Assembly: GCA_030704615.1 (NCBI GenBank)
Contig: CM060734.1
Coordinates: 26,598,001 to 26,662,000 of the forward strand
From: Takakia lepidozioides
Taxonomy: Eukaryota > Plantae > Bryophyta
Length of the DNA: 64,000 nucleotides
Reading direction: 5' to 3'
Part shown: in pieces, positions 49,965 to 63,200 of the stretch
Numbering within the stretch: position 1 is the first letter of the stretch
Layout of the letters: every line of letters begins with the position of its first letter
The notes under the pieces: generated by a model
The model's input: only the letters and a program-made list of their open reading frames with translations
Database searches by the model: none
Told to the model about the DNA's origin: nothing
Program-made: the position numbers and the translations under genes

Positions 49965-52260
49965 CATGGGTAGATGGTCAATTGGAAGCCGCGGCAGCAA
50001 CGGCACAAATGATCAAATCAGGCACCTCAACCATGACCACAACTTCTGGAAGAGGATCAAGAGAGGGAGTCCACAGTGCCTGTTCTGGCACTTCTGGGCA
50101 TGTCAAGATGCTTTGTGAGGTAGGCAGATTGAATGAGGCTCTACAGACTTTAAACCAATGAGGAATTTCAGCAGATTTAGATAAGTATGTCTGTCTCTTG
50201 CTTTAAGTGCCTCAAGAAGAAAGGTTTGGAAGCTGGAAAGCAGGTGCACACTCACATTATGATCCAAAGTGGACTCACGCCAACTATTTTTCTCCTCAAC
50301 ACCCTTGTCACCCTGTATGTTAAGTGCGGGAGCATCATGAATGCTCACCAAGTTTTCAACAGAATGCCTCAACAATCTTTGATCTCATGGAATACAATGC
50401 TAGAAGGATTTACCACGCGTGGGTGTTTGTGTTTGCAAAAAGCGTGTGCAAGCCTGGGACCTCTGGAAAATGGGGGAAAGGGGGCACCTTCTTCAATAGC
50501 ACAGCGGCTACAAGAGGGTAGATGGTCAATTGGAAACAGCAGCGGCAACAGCACATTGATAGAACAAGGCACTAGCTAGGATCAATAGCTACAAGAAACC
50601 TGCATGGGTAGATGGTCAACTAAAGGCAGCAGCTGCAATGTCACAGTTGATAAAATCAAGCACCTCAACCAAGACCATAGCTTCTGGATGAGGATCAAGA
50701 GAGGGAGTCCACAAGCCTCTTCTGGCACTTCTGGGCATGTGAAGATGCCTTGTGAGGCACGCAGACTGAAAGAGGCTCTACAGACTTTAATTTAAACCAA
50801 AGAGGCATTTCAGCAGATTCAGAAACGCATGTCTGTCTCTTGCATAAGTGCATCAAGGTGAAAGGCCTGGAAGTTGGAAAGCAGGTGCACACTCACATTA
50901 TCCAAAGTGGATTCACGCCAAATGTTTTTCTCCTCCACACCCTTGTCAACATGTATGTTAAGTGCGGGAGCATCATGGATGCTCACCAAGTGTTCAACAG
51001 AATGCCTCAACGATCTTTGATCACGTGGAATATCATGTTGGCAGGATTTACCAAGCATGGGTGTGGTAGGAATGCTTTGGAGACCTATGAGCAAATGATG
51101 GGGGAAGCGATTTAGCCCAACCACATCACGTTTGTAGCGTTTGCAGTGCGTGTGCAAGCCTGGCAGCCCTGGAAAAGGGCAAAGAGGTGCATGGCGACAT
51201 CGTGAGAGCTGGAATCCTACCAGATGTCATCCTGAATACTGCCCTGGTGGACATGTATGCCAAATGTGGGTGCATCGAGGATGCAAAGGGAGTGTTCGAC
51301 AATATGGCTAAACAAAATGTGGTGTCGTGGAGTGCGATGCTCGCAGGATATGCACAGTAGGGGTGCGGGATGGAGGCTTTGGAGACCTATGAGCAAATGA
51401 TGGGGGAAGGGGTGAAGCCCAACCACATCACGTTTGTGTGCGTTTGCAGTGCGTGTGCAAGCCTGACAGCCTTGCAAAAGGGCATAGAGGTGCATGGCGA
51501 CATCGTCAGAGCTAGAATCGTACCAGATGTGATCCTAAACAATACACTGGTGGACATGTATGCCAAATGTGGGAGCATCGAGCATGCAAAGGGAGTGTTC
51601 GACAATATGGCTGAACGAGATGTGGTGTTGTGGAGTGCGATGATTGCAGGATATGCACAACAAGGGTGCGGGATGGAGGTTTTGGAGACCTATGAGCAAA
51701 TGATCTGCAAAGGGGTGAAGCCCAACCATGTCACATTTGTGTGCGTTTGCAAGCCTGGCAGCCCTGGAAAAGGGCAAAGAAGTCCATGGTGACATTGTCA
51801 AAGCTGGAATTGTACCCAATGTCATTCTGAACTCTGCCCTGGTGGACATGTATGCCAAATGTGGGAGCATTGAGGATGCGAAGGGATTGTTCAACACTAT
51901 GGCTGAACGAGATGTGGTGTCGTGGAACACGATGCTTGCAGGGTATGCATAGCAGGGGCGCGAGATGGAGGCCTTGGAGACGTATGAGCAATTGATGGGG
52001 GAAGGGGTGAAGTGCAACCACATCACATTTTGTGTGCGTTCGCAATGCTTGTGCAAGCCTAGCAGCCCTGGAAAAGGGCAAAGAGGTGCATGGTGACATC
52101 GCCAAAGCTGGAATTGTACCAGATGTGATTCTGAACAATACCCTCGTGGACTTTTATGCCAAATGTGGGTCCATCGAGGATGCAAAGGCATGTTTGATAA
52201 GATGGCTGCACATTCACGGGATGGAGGCTTTGGATACCTATGAGCAAATGATGGGCAAAG
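49965..52260 (+). pseudogene. PLS-class pentatricopeptide repeat (organellar RNA-editing-type) gene, disrupted; duplicated N-terminus, no E/DYW domain seen
   Basis: Repeated GKEVHGDIV..GIVPDVILNNTLVDMYAKCGSIEDAKGVFDNMAERDVVSWSAMIAGYAQQG..EALETYEQM..EGVKPNHITFV units of ~300 bp. TAG stops (e.g. 51113, 51358, 51949) and frameshifts are present. Confidence 0.92.
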
Positions 52261-52309
52261 GGCGACAGTTTGGAGGCTGTGATGGCTGCATATGTGTGGG
52301 GGAAAAGAA

Positions 52310-53455
52310 GCGAAGGGATAGAGTGTGGCCAGATTTCAGGCACAAGATTACTTATGATTCCCTGTGAATCAATAGCTACTAGCAACCTGCATGGGTAGAT
52401 GGTCAACTGGAAGCTGCAGCAACAACAACACAATAGATAAATTCAGGCACTGCTAATGAAGGCACCTTCTTCAACACATTTCACCTTGTTTTTCCCTCTT
52501 ATCAGAATCGGCCCTGAATTTTCATGTTGAATTCTGCAAGGTGCTGGTTGAGTAAACCTTTGATAGTTTGGAGTGACTGACTGATATTGCCAATGTGACA
52601 ACAGGAAAGTATCCAGAAACAGGTAACAGAGACAAGGAGACCAGGAGCTGTGGAATGAATACTTTTCTGACCCCATTCAATGGTGGGACAATCGAGGCAA
52701 ATGGTAAATGCCTGTTGGATTCTAGAGAGTAGCAAATGCAATTGAGCATAGGAACTAGTGTAATAAGTTGAGTTGGGTGTTTCCTAGAACAATTCTAGGC
52801 TTTCATTGTCAGTTGTTAGCAGCACAGAAAGGGTGAATGCATGATTTGTGCAGAGGCATGGATAGCTGAAGGAGCAGGGATAGAGTGTGGGTCTAGATTC
52901 ATCTAAGAGGGCCAGATTTCAAGCTCCACATTACCTGTGATTCCCTGTGGATCAATAGCCACCAGAAACCTGCATGGGTAGATGGTCAACTGGCAGCAGC
53001 GGCACAATTGATATAATCAGGCACTGCTAATGAAAGCATCTTCTTCATTACATTCCCTCTTATTAGAATCGGCCCTAACTTTCCATGTTGAATTCTGCAA
53101 GTTAGCTGGTTGAGTGAATCTAGTTTGGAGTGACTTTGACATGATACTGTTGATGTAACAACAAGAAAGTATCCAGAACTAGGTAACAGAGACGAGGACA
53201 AGCTGTGGAATGAATACTTTTCTGACCCCAGTCAATGGTGGGACAATCGAGGCAAGAAGGTGAATGCTTGTTGGATTATAGAGAGTAGCAGATGCAATTG
53301 AGCATAGGAACTAGTGTGATAAGTTGAGTTAGGTGTTTCCTAGAACAAATCTAGGCTGTCATCGTCAGCTGCTAGCAGGAAAGCAAGGATGTATGCTTGA
53401 TTTGTGCAGAGGCATGGATAGCTGAAGGAGCAGGGATATAGTGTGGGTCCAGACT
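52310..53455. repeat. Local ~600-bp tandem duplication; related diverged copies at ~42415-42785 and ~49660-50020
   Basis: Shared blocks ggcaccttcttc..ttttcatgttgaattctgcaag, ggtgggacaatcgaggcaa, agcataggaactagtgtgataagttg and gggatagagtgtgg..cctgcatgggtagatggtcaa. Confidence 0.85.
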
Positions 53456-54684
53456 CAGGTGTTTCCGCCTTGGCAGGTTGCTCAGTGACCTTCCCTGATA
53501 GCTTTGGAGTATAGTGAGTGTCTCACAATGCAATGTTGGTTGGTGCATCTTATGCAGGAACTTGGAAAACAAACAAATGTCGTTTTTTGGAGCTTTAGGC
53601 TGAACCTTTGTGTTGGGCTGCATTGTGCAGCCTGGCCTCTGCCTCAGACTCAGAGTCAGATCTTTGATCTCAAACTCAGACTCAGACTCAGACTCAGACT
53701 CTTTGATGTCAGACTGAAGTGTATTTGGGCACTGAAGCACTTATGTAATTTTGAATTATCGTTGCATCTGCTCATTCTATCTGTTGTTCTGGCCATGCTT
53801 AGTCAGTTCTTCATGTCATGAGCAAGTTGTTGCCGTGATGCTTTGGAATTGTGTTTAAGTGTCTTTAGATCGTGATACTGACCACAAGCAACCTACGGTG
53901 AACTGTGGTATCCTCCACATTTATGTGGAATGTCTTACAACGTAGGTCGTAGTATATTTCACACCCGCTATGGTCTTCTCCACAATTATGTGGAATGACC
54001 TACAGTATAGGCAGTAAAATACTCCACACCCACACCAAGAGTTGCTCCAAAATACGCCACGTGTTGCCCTGACAAAAATACACGTGGTGCCCATACCGTT
54101 GCCCAGATGACGTCAAGCCATGGTGACATGCTGTCGCATAATTTTCCCGTAGGTGTGGACAAGTCCACACCCTTTGTACGTCTAGGATCCACGTGGCGGT
54201 GTTCGCCAGAGCACACATCGCCCGTGGAAAAAACCATTAACCCCGTGAAAAAAGCCACCTCTGGATTCAGCCACCCGTGGACTTTTCCACAGGGCCACCC
54301 GAGAGCCAAGTCGTCCACGGGGTGTCCGAAAGCACTAGTCATTTCTTACACCCATGACAGGTGTGGATTGCGGCTGATTCCATAGCAAAAAGTGTGGAAA
54401 AAACCGTGGAAAAAGCTGGTTTATCTTCTAGTGTAATGTGGTGCTTCTCCATGTCCATTTTATCCAATATGTCGATGTTCTCCAGTATCTTCCCTCTCTT
54501 TTGTCTTTGTCCCTCTCGCTCTCTCTTTTTAACTTTTTGCCCCATCTCTCCCTCTCTGGTTTGTTTTGTTTTGTGAGCAGCACAAAAGAGAGGGAGAGAG
54601 AGGGAGAGAGAGGGAGAGATCAGGAAACCAAAAAAAAAAAAAAAAAGTAGGGGGGGGGGGGGGGGGAGTGACTGAAATACCTAT

Positions 54685-55353
54685 GGAATACCTATGGGTT
54701 TTTCATGCTCACCATTATGGTGCAACATGTACTTCCTTTCTTATGAAATCAAATTCATCTTAAGGCTTGCAGCTTTAGGACAATTCCAGCTTATGCCTAT
54801 GTTTAAATCTGCCTTCAGATACATTGATGATATATGCTGGCTAAATGTGGGTGATGCAATGCTATTCCTGGACCCACGGGCAGACAGAAGCAGCAACAAC
54901 CCTTGGTGGATCTACCCACTCAATGTAGTGGAGATCAAACCTGAGCTACTACGCACTAAAAACGATTCCCAATACGTGGGGTTGGAAGCTTGTTTCATGA
55001 ATATCCAGATTACAGTCTCAAACTGTGACACAGGTGAGTTCCATTTCCAGAAATATGACAAGAGAAGACTACTTCCTTTCTCTTACACTCAATATATCCA
55101 GTTCTTATCCAATAGGCCTGTGAATCAATCTTACAACATTGTGATTTCACAAGCTGTGCCTATTCTATACATTTCCAGCAATGCTGATCTGGCTGGGAAA
55201 GAGTGTAGCATTCTGATTAACACTCTTGGGAGGAATGGTTTCAAGACCAGAAAACTTGCTCGTATCTTGACAAAATTCCTTGAACGTGGTTCATTCCCTG
55301 GCCTACTCTTCCCTGTACAAGAGCTTATTGAGAAACTGAAAGGTACTTTCTAA
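54685..55353 (+). mobile_element. 5'-truncated Penelope-like element RT (Naiad/Chlamys type, no C-terminal GIY-YIG)
   Basis: GIPMGFSCSPLWCN (motif B), FRYIDD (motif C), YDKRR.LPF....F.SN.P..SYNIVISQ thumb region. The ORF is uninterrupted and stops right after the thumb. Confidence 0.82.
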
Positions 55354-57213
55354 AAACCTATACAGAGCTATGTTATACCATTGAACTCTACGTTCTTTTC
55401 TAAGTGATACTATACTAGTGTTGCTATGATACATTTTATGCCATCATTTCATTCTTGATCCGAGGAAGTGAGGATGTAGGATTCTACTCCTTTGGATAAA
55501 TATTATCTGAGGATAGAACTACATGGAAGAGGGAAAACCTTATGAGAAGAGGTCTGGTATGCACTCCCTTACGGGGTGAGTGCATACCACATTTACTCCG
55601 TAAGGCTCTGCCATGCCAGGGGATTGGCTGGTGGGTCCCTCTCTCTCCTTCTCTCCCTCTCCCTCTATAAATCTTTGGATTTCATCTGGCCTTTGAGGTT
55701 ATTTAGTTTTTCATCCCTGCCTTTTTCATCCAAATCTGGATGATTTTATTTTATTGGATGATGAAACTTAATATACAGAAAGCTAGAGTTACCATCTATT
55801 TTTTTCATCTAAACTGGATGATCTACATAAATAATGGTTACCTATTATAAAATCCAAGAGAATAATAAAACTACCATCATAAATGATGGCAGTTATTAAA
55901 CCTAAACCTATACCATAACCCTAAAAGATACATTTCTATGGGATGTCATCCAGTGACAAAATGCCTATCTTGGTAAAATGTGATATTTCATCCATCCTGG
56001 ATGAAAAATCGGGAAGTTTTGCCCTAAGCAGGCCGACACACTTCAAGCACTGAACTCGTGCTTCAGTGAACCTTGATGATGCGCCGTATAAACCTGCTCC
56101 CCTGCTGCTACATGGTACTCGTGATTGCTGGCTCTTGGGATGCGCAGTGGTGGTTAAACAAATTCTTCTATGGCAGACGACAAAGCCGTGATTGCTCTGA
56201 TCAGGAACTCATGGTTCTTTATTTTGCAGCGGTGCTTTTACTCCTTGTTGGGAAGTACTCTATCCCTATTTATCTACAGATTACTTGTTGCTCTCTCTTC
56301 GTGTATGAGCCACTCTCTAGCTGTGAACGCTTCTACTCTGATTGCGTTCTGTTGGAGACAATCTGTTGGACGCCATGGCGCAGGGCATACCACAAACACT
56401 CAAGGTTTTTTGAGTTTACCATTGCTTGAATTGTGATCTGTACTTGCTTTAGAATTCAACACTGACATGGATAGCAACTGTGAAGACCTGCCACTTACCT
56501 GCTGCATCCTCACTAACACACATCGCTATGTGGTGGTTTTTGGGACGGGCACAGGTGAGGGTCTTCACTTGTCTTGATTTCTTGAAGCTTGCAGTTCATG
56601 TTCTTGCAAGTGTGGATACTGCTGTTGCCTAAGCTGCTGATGCCATCTGCTGTTTCAAACTGCCACCATGCCGCTTCAGACCTGCTCCAAGATTGCTCCA
56701 ATGAGGATCTGCTTCTCTCCTTACCCCTGTTTACGGTTTTTTACAACCACATTTGCATGTGTAGGAGTTTAGCTATGAAGGATACAAGGATACAAAATAG
56801 CAATTATTACTTTGACTGCCTTGATACTTGGCTCTGAAATGAGAACTCTTGGTATGACTCTGATGGATCAAAAGGATAGGCTTTGATAGATAACACACAT
56901 TCTTCAAGGCCCTCATATCATTTTGGTTTCATGGCATGATAACAAACTGGGGTTTCTGAGCTGCTCTTTCACCTTGGCAGAACTACTTTATGTGGCCTTA
57001 AAATACCATTCTAGGCCTATACCTGCTTAAGGGGGCTCTACACTGTTGTTTCTTCTTCCTTTTTAAGAATCTTGCTTATATCTTGGTTCTAAAACATCAT
57101 CTTCAAACCAAACCTGCAATCTGGTTTTTGAAATGAGTTTAAAATGGATTCTTGAGATGATGATGTGTACTATGGTGCTTTCATGATATGAATGACCTGG
57201 AATCCCACCCTCC

Positions 57214-60062
57214 TTGAAGTCTCCCGCTAAGATCCAATTAGTAACCAGGGGAAGGTTGACGATCTTGTCCCTGACTGCATCCCACAAGGCAGCTCTCTCC
57301 AGGGAAGAGTTAGCTGGGTACACGTTGAGGAAGGCAGTGGACCCGAAGGATGAGGTAGGTTCAGTGAAGAGGCATTGAATTCGTCCCTGCATCCAAATCT
57401 GAACCTCTTTGATGGACGAGGTCAGTGTAGGAGAAATAAGAATGGGAGTACCCCCTCGCGAGGCGGCAACCGTGGGGTTCCACCAAGAAAGGTTGCCTGG
57501 CCAGAAGGTGTTCCCTATAGAATTTATCTTAGCAGCATCCAATTTAGTTTCTTGCAAGAAGATGATGGAAGGTGACGACATGAGGCCCAACGCTTGATTT
57601 TCCTTCTCTTGGGCACTGAGGCATCTGATCCAATGCCTCGGATGTTCCACGAGTGCAGGAACCATGTCATGATGGACACAATGAGCAGCCCATGGATGTC
57701 GGTCCATGATTTGATGGCTGGTGACATCTGACACTTGGTAGGGTTTCCATCTGTAAAAATGCAGGTAGCAGGAAACAAGTGGAGACAAATGCAGGCCCAT
57801 AGCCTTCTGAAGCAAGAGAATCAAAGACTTGCACTATCAGCCAACAATGTCAAGCTGAAGGCATCATGAGATATAGAAAATAAGAGGGATAAGGCACTGC
57901 CGTTCCAGATGGGGGCTTCATACAAGGGATAAACGTCCCAGGGATTGAGGGAGAATTGGAAGGGGGCAGCAGTGGAGAAGGCAAGAGTCCAAGTGTAACT
58001 GCCACCAGTTCTGTCGGAGGATGAGAGCAAGCAGTAGGAACTTGAAGAGATGGAAGGGGAGGGAGTTCCTTCAAAGGGGGGGAAAGAAAGATAATTGTAT
58101 TTTATCAGATGAAGAGTTCAACATACAAGATGATTGTTGGGAAACAAAAGCCTGCGAGCAGAAGGTACTGTCAAAGCTCACCGAGGAGGGAGAGATGAGT
58201 TCCATGTCGGAGAACGTGAAGATGTTGTCGTCCGATGGAAGCTCAGATTCAGAGGGTAGATGTCGTTGTCTGCCAATTATCTGATCCACAATGAGCATCC
58301 CAGCGTTGTAGATAGCTGCCAAAAAAGGCCTGTTTCCTAGCTCCCCAAAGCTTGGTGGGATCTGCTTGCCAGATAACCAAGTCAGGAACGAGAAGGAATC
58401 GTCATTTGGACTTGGATCAGAGAATTTTATGGTGGGAAGGAGTTGAATATTGAAGTTACCAGAAGAACATCTATGCAAGGAGCCAAAAAAGATAGGTGTG
58501 GACTCAGAAATAGAAATGTGGGGGAGTAGAGTAAGGAAAATGGAGTGGACTTTAGATAGAATGATGTTCATTTCATTTCCAGGAGTAAATGCATGAATGT
58601 CATCTGGGAATAGCCAGGAACCCAGGAATGTGTCTCCTCCAGTTGCCAGTAGCGCTGGAACCCCCTGAGGGAGCCCATAGATCATAGGGGTAATGTGAAC
58701 CGCCACTGTGAGGGGGCCTTCAGGTCTGAAATCGTCGGGTAGCCCCAATCTTCTTAAGGTCTTCAGCCTGGAGCAGAAGGCACCTATGTTGTCAGGCTCG
58801 TTTTCTGCAAGCAGGAAACGGGCCGCTTCAACTCGACATCGGGCAGAAGGGTTGATGGGGGAGATAAGCACCTCACTTGGACTGAGGATATGCACAGGGG
58901 AAGGGGTGGAGAAGACCCTTTGATTTTTTGAAGGAGGAATGTCGATTGGAGATGACTCTTCCCTTGGATGATGAGGCGCCGGGTGGGCTGCTCCCCTCTG
59001 CATATCTCCAGCAACCTGTCTTTGGGTTTCTGCGCCCACATGAACAGTGGGGGGAGCAATGAGCACTTGACCAGCAGATTTGTCTTTTAAAAGCTGGGGG
59101 CAATCAGCTTTAACATGCCCATCCTTGTGACAATGATGACATATGATGCTGAGGCACTCCTCAAAAACAGCAATTGTGATATAAGCATTGTCCAGGGTGG
59201 GCAGTTTCAATGACTCCTAGATTTTGACACTTTCCGGCATCCACACAACTAGCTTGGGAACCCCCGAATCCCAAGAGGGGTCCAAATGGCCTTCAGAATC
59301 GATGCTCTGCTGCTCCGACTCCTCAAAATCACTGACATTTAGGGAGCCTATGTATGAACCGAAATGAGCCCCTATCTCGGGTAAAGATCTCAAATAGCTC
59401 CTAGGCAGAAAGGCAAGGCTATGATCCTTGGTTTGCAAGTGACACCTAATATGTGTCCCCAATGAGCTGACCAAGGGAATATGTGCACTCTAAACCTTGA
59501 TTTCCTAACATTGAACTTCAGGGCTTTGGCAGCATCCTCAGCAGAACTAAACACGATCGAGAAGAACCCTCTACCCTGGGGGTGACAAAAATGAGGGGTG
59601 AGGCCACCCGCAGTCCCAAGGTGTTCAGTGGTCCACGTTCTCGCCCAGTGCTTGTCTCTAACCCTCCTTGGAAAGTACAACAAGATCCCTTGTTCTGACA
59701 GCAGCTTAGTGTGCTCCTTAATGACATTCATGTCGAGACTTAAAATTGGTTGATCTTCGGAGGATTTTGCAGCAGCCTCGCTCCAGGTCTCAAGCTGTCT
59801 TTCTCGGGGGAGAAGAGAATGGGGCTGCACCGAGCAAACCAGGGCCACCCACCTTTCCGAAGGTACCGCTTCTTCTCCTTTCTCTCTCTTTGAGCCTTAT
59901 TAGGACGGGAGTTGTTTCTGGGCAGGCCCCCAGAGACTGCATTGACCGGAGCCATAAAGGGCAGCGCCTAAAAGCACTGAAGGGACCAGCCTTGCTTAAA
60001 AAACAAAACAAACAAGAGAGGGAGAGAGGGGGCAGAAAACTTAAAAAGAGAGAGGGAGAGGG
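57214..60062 (-). mobile_element. L1-like LINE 5' part (5' UTR, ORF1 with DUF4283-like region and CCHC knuckle, ORF2 endonuclease N-half), inverted
   Basis: GRGFFSIVFSSAEDAAKAL; CHHCHKDGHVKADC; SWNIRG, FLQETKL, LNVYPAN, WILAGDF. Confidence 0.9.
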
Positions 60063-60221
60063 AAGATATACATGTCATGTCAAGACATGGACAAGACCGC
60101 TAAGGTCATTGTCATTGAAAGACAAAACAGCCCTTTACAGGGCACCATCTAACATTCTCTTTCATGTTTACAATCTCATTTGAATACCCAATTACATTTC
60201 AGGGTCTCTGAAAAAACAGGG

Positions 60222-63200
60222 CATGGTGGATAGTTTTTCCGATCGGCTTGTGCACTCATCTCACTTCCTGTCAAATGTTGAACAGGTGGCCTGGGACAGG
60301 CTATGCTTCTCCGTTGGGTTGACTGATGCTGTCTCGGACTCTGCACTGGGCTTGAACTTCACCTGGTCCAATTTGAGGCAGCCACCAAACTTGAGCATGG
60401 CTCGCCTGGATAGAGTGTATTTCTTGCACTCCCCCCTGTCTTGGTCAAAATGTCTCTCACAAGCTCCAATTTTGCCAGACTTCGACCATGCGTCGGTGGC
60501 TGTGGCATTTACCCCACCCGGAGTGCACGGTAGAGGTCGGGGGTACTTTAAGCTGAACACAGCAGTTCTGAAGAAAGAAGAGCACATCATGTTGTTGAAA
60601 TAAATGTGGCAGAATTCGGGAAACAACTTCACTTCTCCAACAGTGGTCTTCATTCACAGCAGGCCACAAGAAAGTTGGCTCAGTCATTATCAAGATCCCT
60701 GGCGCAGGAAAGATTTCAGCGGCTCAAAGCCTTGACAAAGTGTCTCACACACTGTCAAAAAAGACTGGAAATAGGTGTCACAAACCCTGCCATTATGGAA
60801 AGATACCTAGCTGCCAAGCGAAATCTGGGGGTCTTGTTGGCTGATTCGAATAAATTCCTGAGATCTAGGGCGGGGGTCAACTGGTCCTTGAAAGGTGAGA
60901 AAATGAATTCTTACTTCTTCCAAAAGGCAAAGCAAAGGAGGGAAGCCACTTTCATCACCTGCATCGCTGGCCCTAGTGGTCTCAGTATTGACAATCCCAA
61001 AGAAATGGCTTCAGCAGTGGCTGCGCATTTCGCGGCTCTCTTCTCAAAACGTGTTGACTCGGCTCTTGCGCAGTCTTCCAGAGAGGAGGTGCTCAGTTCC
61101 TTCCCCTCCTTGCTGTCGGCAGCAGAACAAGCCTTGCTCTCCAAGCCCTTTTCTACTGAAGAGTTGCAGTAGGCCATGGAATCACTGAGCTCGATGAAGA
61201 CACCAGGGCTGGATGGGCTACCAGTGGAATTCTTCAAGAGTATGTGGGAGTGCATCGCTGATGATTTCCCAAATATGGCCAACGATGTCCTTCAGAAAGG
61301 CATCATGCCCTCCCAAATGTCACAGGGAGTGATCACTCTCATTTATAAGAAGGGGGACAGGGACAATCTCTCCAACTACAGGCCTATCACTCTTTTAAAC
61401 TCCACCTACAAAATCTTGGCAAAGGCGCTTGCCCTGCGCTTGCAACCGCTCCTCTCCAAGCTCATAAGGCCGGAGCAAACTGGCTTCCTAAAGTACAGGA
61501 TGATTTTGGACAACATCCTCCTCACTAATGAGGCCTTGCATGTAGCTCATTCGAATCAGCAACCCCTGGCTTTGCTTATGCTGGATTTCCAGAAAGCTTT
61601 CGACAATATCAACTGGACATATCTGTTGGGGGCCCTAAAAGCCATTGGTATCAATGGGAGTTTCATGTCTTGGATAGATATCCTCCTTTCTTCGGCCTCC
61701 AATAGAGTTATCATCAATGGTACCCTCTCCAATTCTTTTCAGCTCTTTAAATCTGTTAGGCAGGGTTGCCCATTAGCCCCTTTCCTTTTCCTCATTGTTG
61801 CAGACGGGCTTGGACACTTAATGGATAATAGTCCCTAGGTCTCATTATCCCTCACTCCCCATCTCTGGACCCCTCTACCTCCATTAGATCTTCTCTCTAT
61901 GCTGACGACACTACCTTATACATAGATAATAGATCCTCTGCCAATGTCTCCTCCACTCTTAGCTCCCTTAATAGTTTTTGTGAAGCTTCCGGCCTGAAGA
62001 TAAACTGGGGCAAATCTATCGGCCTTCTCAGCCAGCTGCCAACAAATGCCATTCTGAAACATTGTGATCCATGGGGAGATGACTTGGGGTTAAAGTGGCT
62101 TGCTGAGGGCCAAACCCACGAATCTCTGGGACATCAGATTGGGATTGACATCTCAGATGACAGCAGGGTAGAAGCTGTTCTAATTAAGCTGAAAAGAAGA
62201 TTTGCATACTGGAGTTCACTTCACCTTACGGTGGTTGGGAGAGCCTTGGTGGCCAATCAAATACTGTTGGCTTCCTCTTGGTTCACCTCCTCTGTATGGT
62301 CACCGGGGGCATCCTTCATCAAGAAGCTCAAATCTGTGACTCGGAATTTTATCTGGGGTGCCACGGATGCTACATCTAATAAAAGAGCACTTGTTAGTTG
62401 GGCTCAGATCTGCCAGGGAAAAAAACATGGTGGTCTTGGAGTGCTTGATCCAGAGTCGCAAATAACAACATTGCTAGCTAAATGGGTGCCGAGGGTTTTC
62501 ACCAACTTATCCAGTCCCTGCAGTAAATTGGTGAGGCACCATTTGATGGCAGCGGTGCCTAAAACAAGCCCGTGTTGGCCTCCATCCCTAAGATGGACTG
62601 TGCAAGGAGGAAAAATGAACGCCAGACCTGCTGTTGGATCCAAAGCTTGGCAATCGATATGGATTTCCTGGTGTAGGCTCCGTGACTCCCTCTATCAGCT
62701 GCAACCCACCTCCTATGAAGAAGTAATCAGACAGCCTCTTTTCGGAAACTTCAACAGGGACTCTGAGACCTTGGTGTACTGTTCTGAAAGATGGTCTCAT
62801 TGGGAAGCAGCAGGTTTGTCGCACTGCTGCATTTTTGGAACCAAGATTCTGGTTTGCCTATTTCCATGGAAGAAGCAGAGCAGGGTTGTCCCAGAGAAGA
62901 GTGGCTTCTGGTTGGGGCACAATTTTGGAAGACCTCCCCCCCATCTGGACTCAGTTGTTGGCAAATCGACACTTGAGATCTGTTCCTAGATGGCTGGGAT
63001 TCTCCCAGGCTTTGGAGAAATTCGCGCTATATGCCACATCCATTGATCCTAACCACATTTTTGGTACAAGATTCAGTGTGGCAAGTGATGGTCTTCTCCT
63101 TAATCCCCAGCCTTTCGAGCTTCCTGCCAGGTCGGACTGCTATGACATTAGAGTATTCTGCTCAATTTCTGGTAAAGCTGATCTCCCCCCCCCCCCGCGC

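Noticed and set aside
53880-54440. GTGGA/TCCAC-rich tract as a defined transposon
   Set aside because: Motif enrichment is visible, but no TIR, TSD or coding signal could be fixed.
55507-55540. Hammerhead ribozyme (CTGAGGA...GAAA) in the Penelope 3' region
   Set aside because: No pairable stem II between the core boxes and no convincing stems I and III.
56073-56837. ORFs 56073-56429, 56170-56436 and 56589-56837 as a host gene
   Set aside because: No recognisable domain; they may be UTR or intron sequence and cannot be supported.
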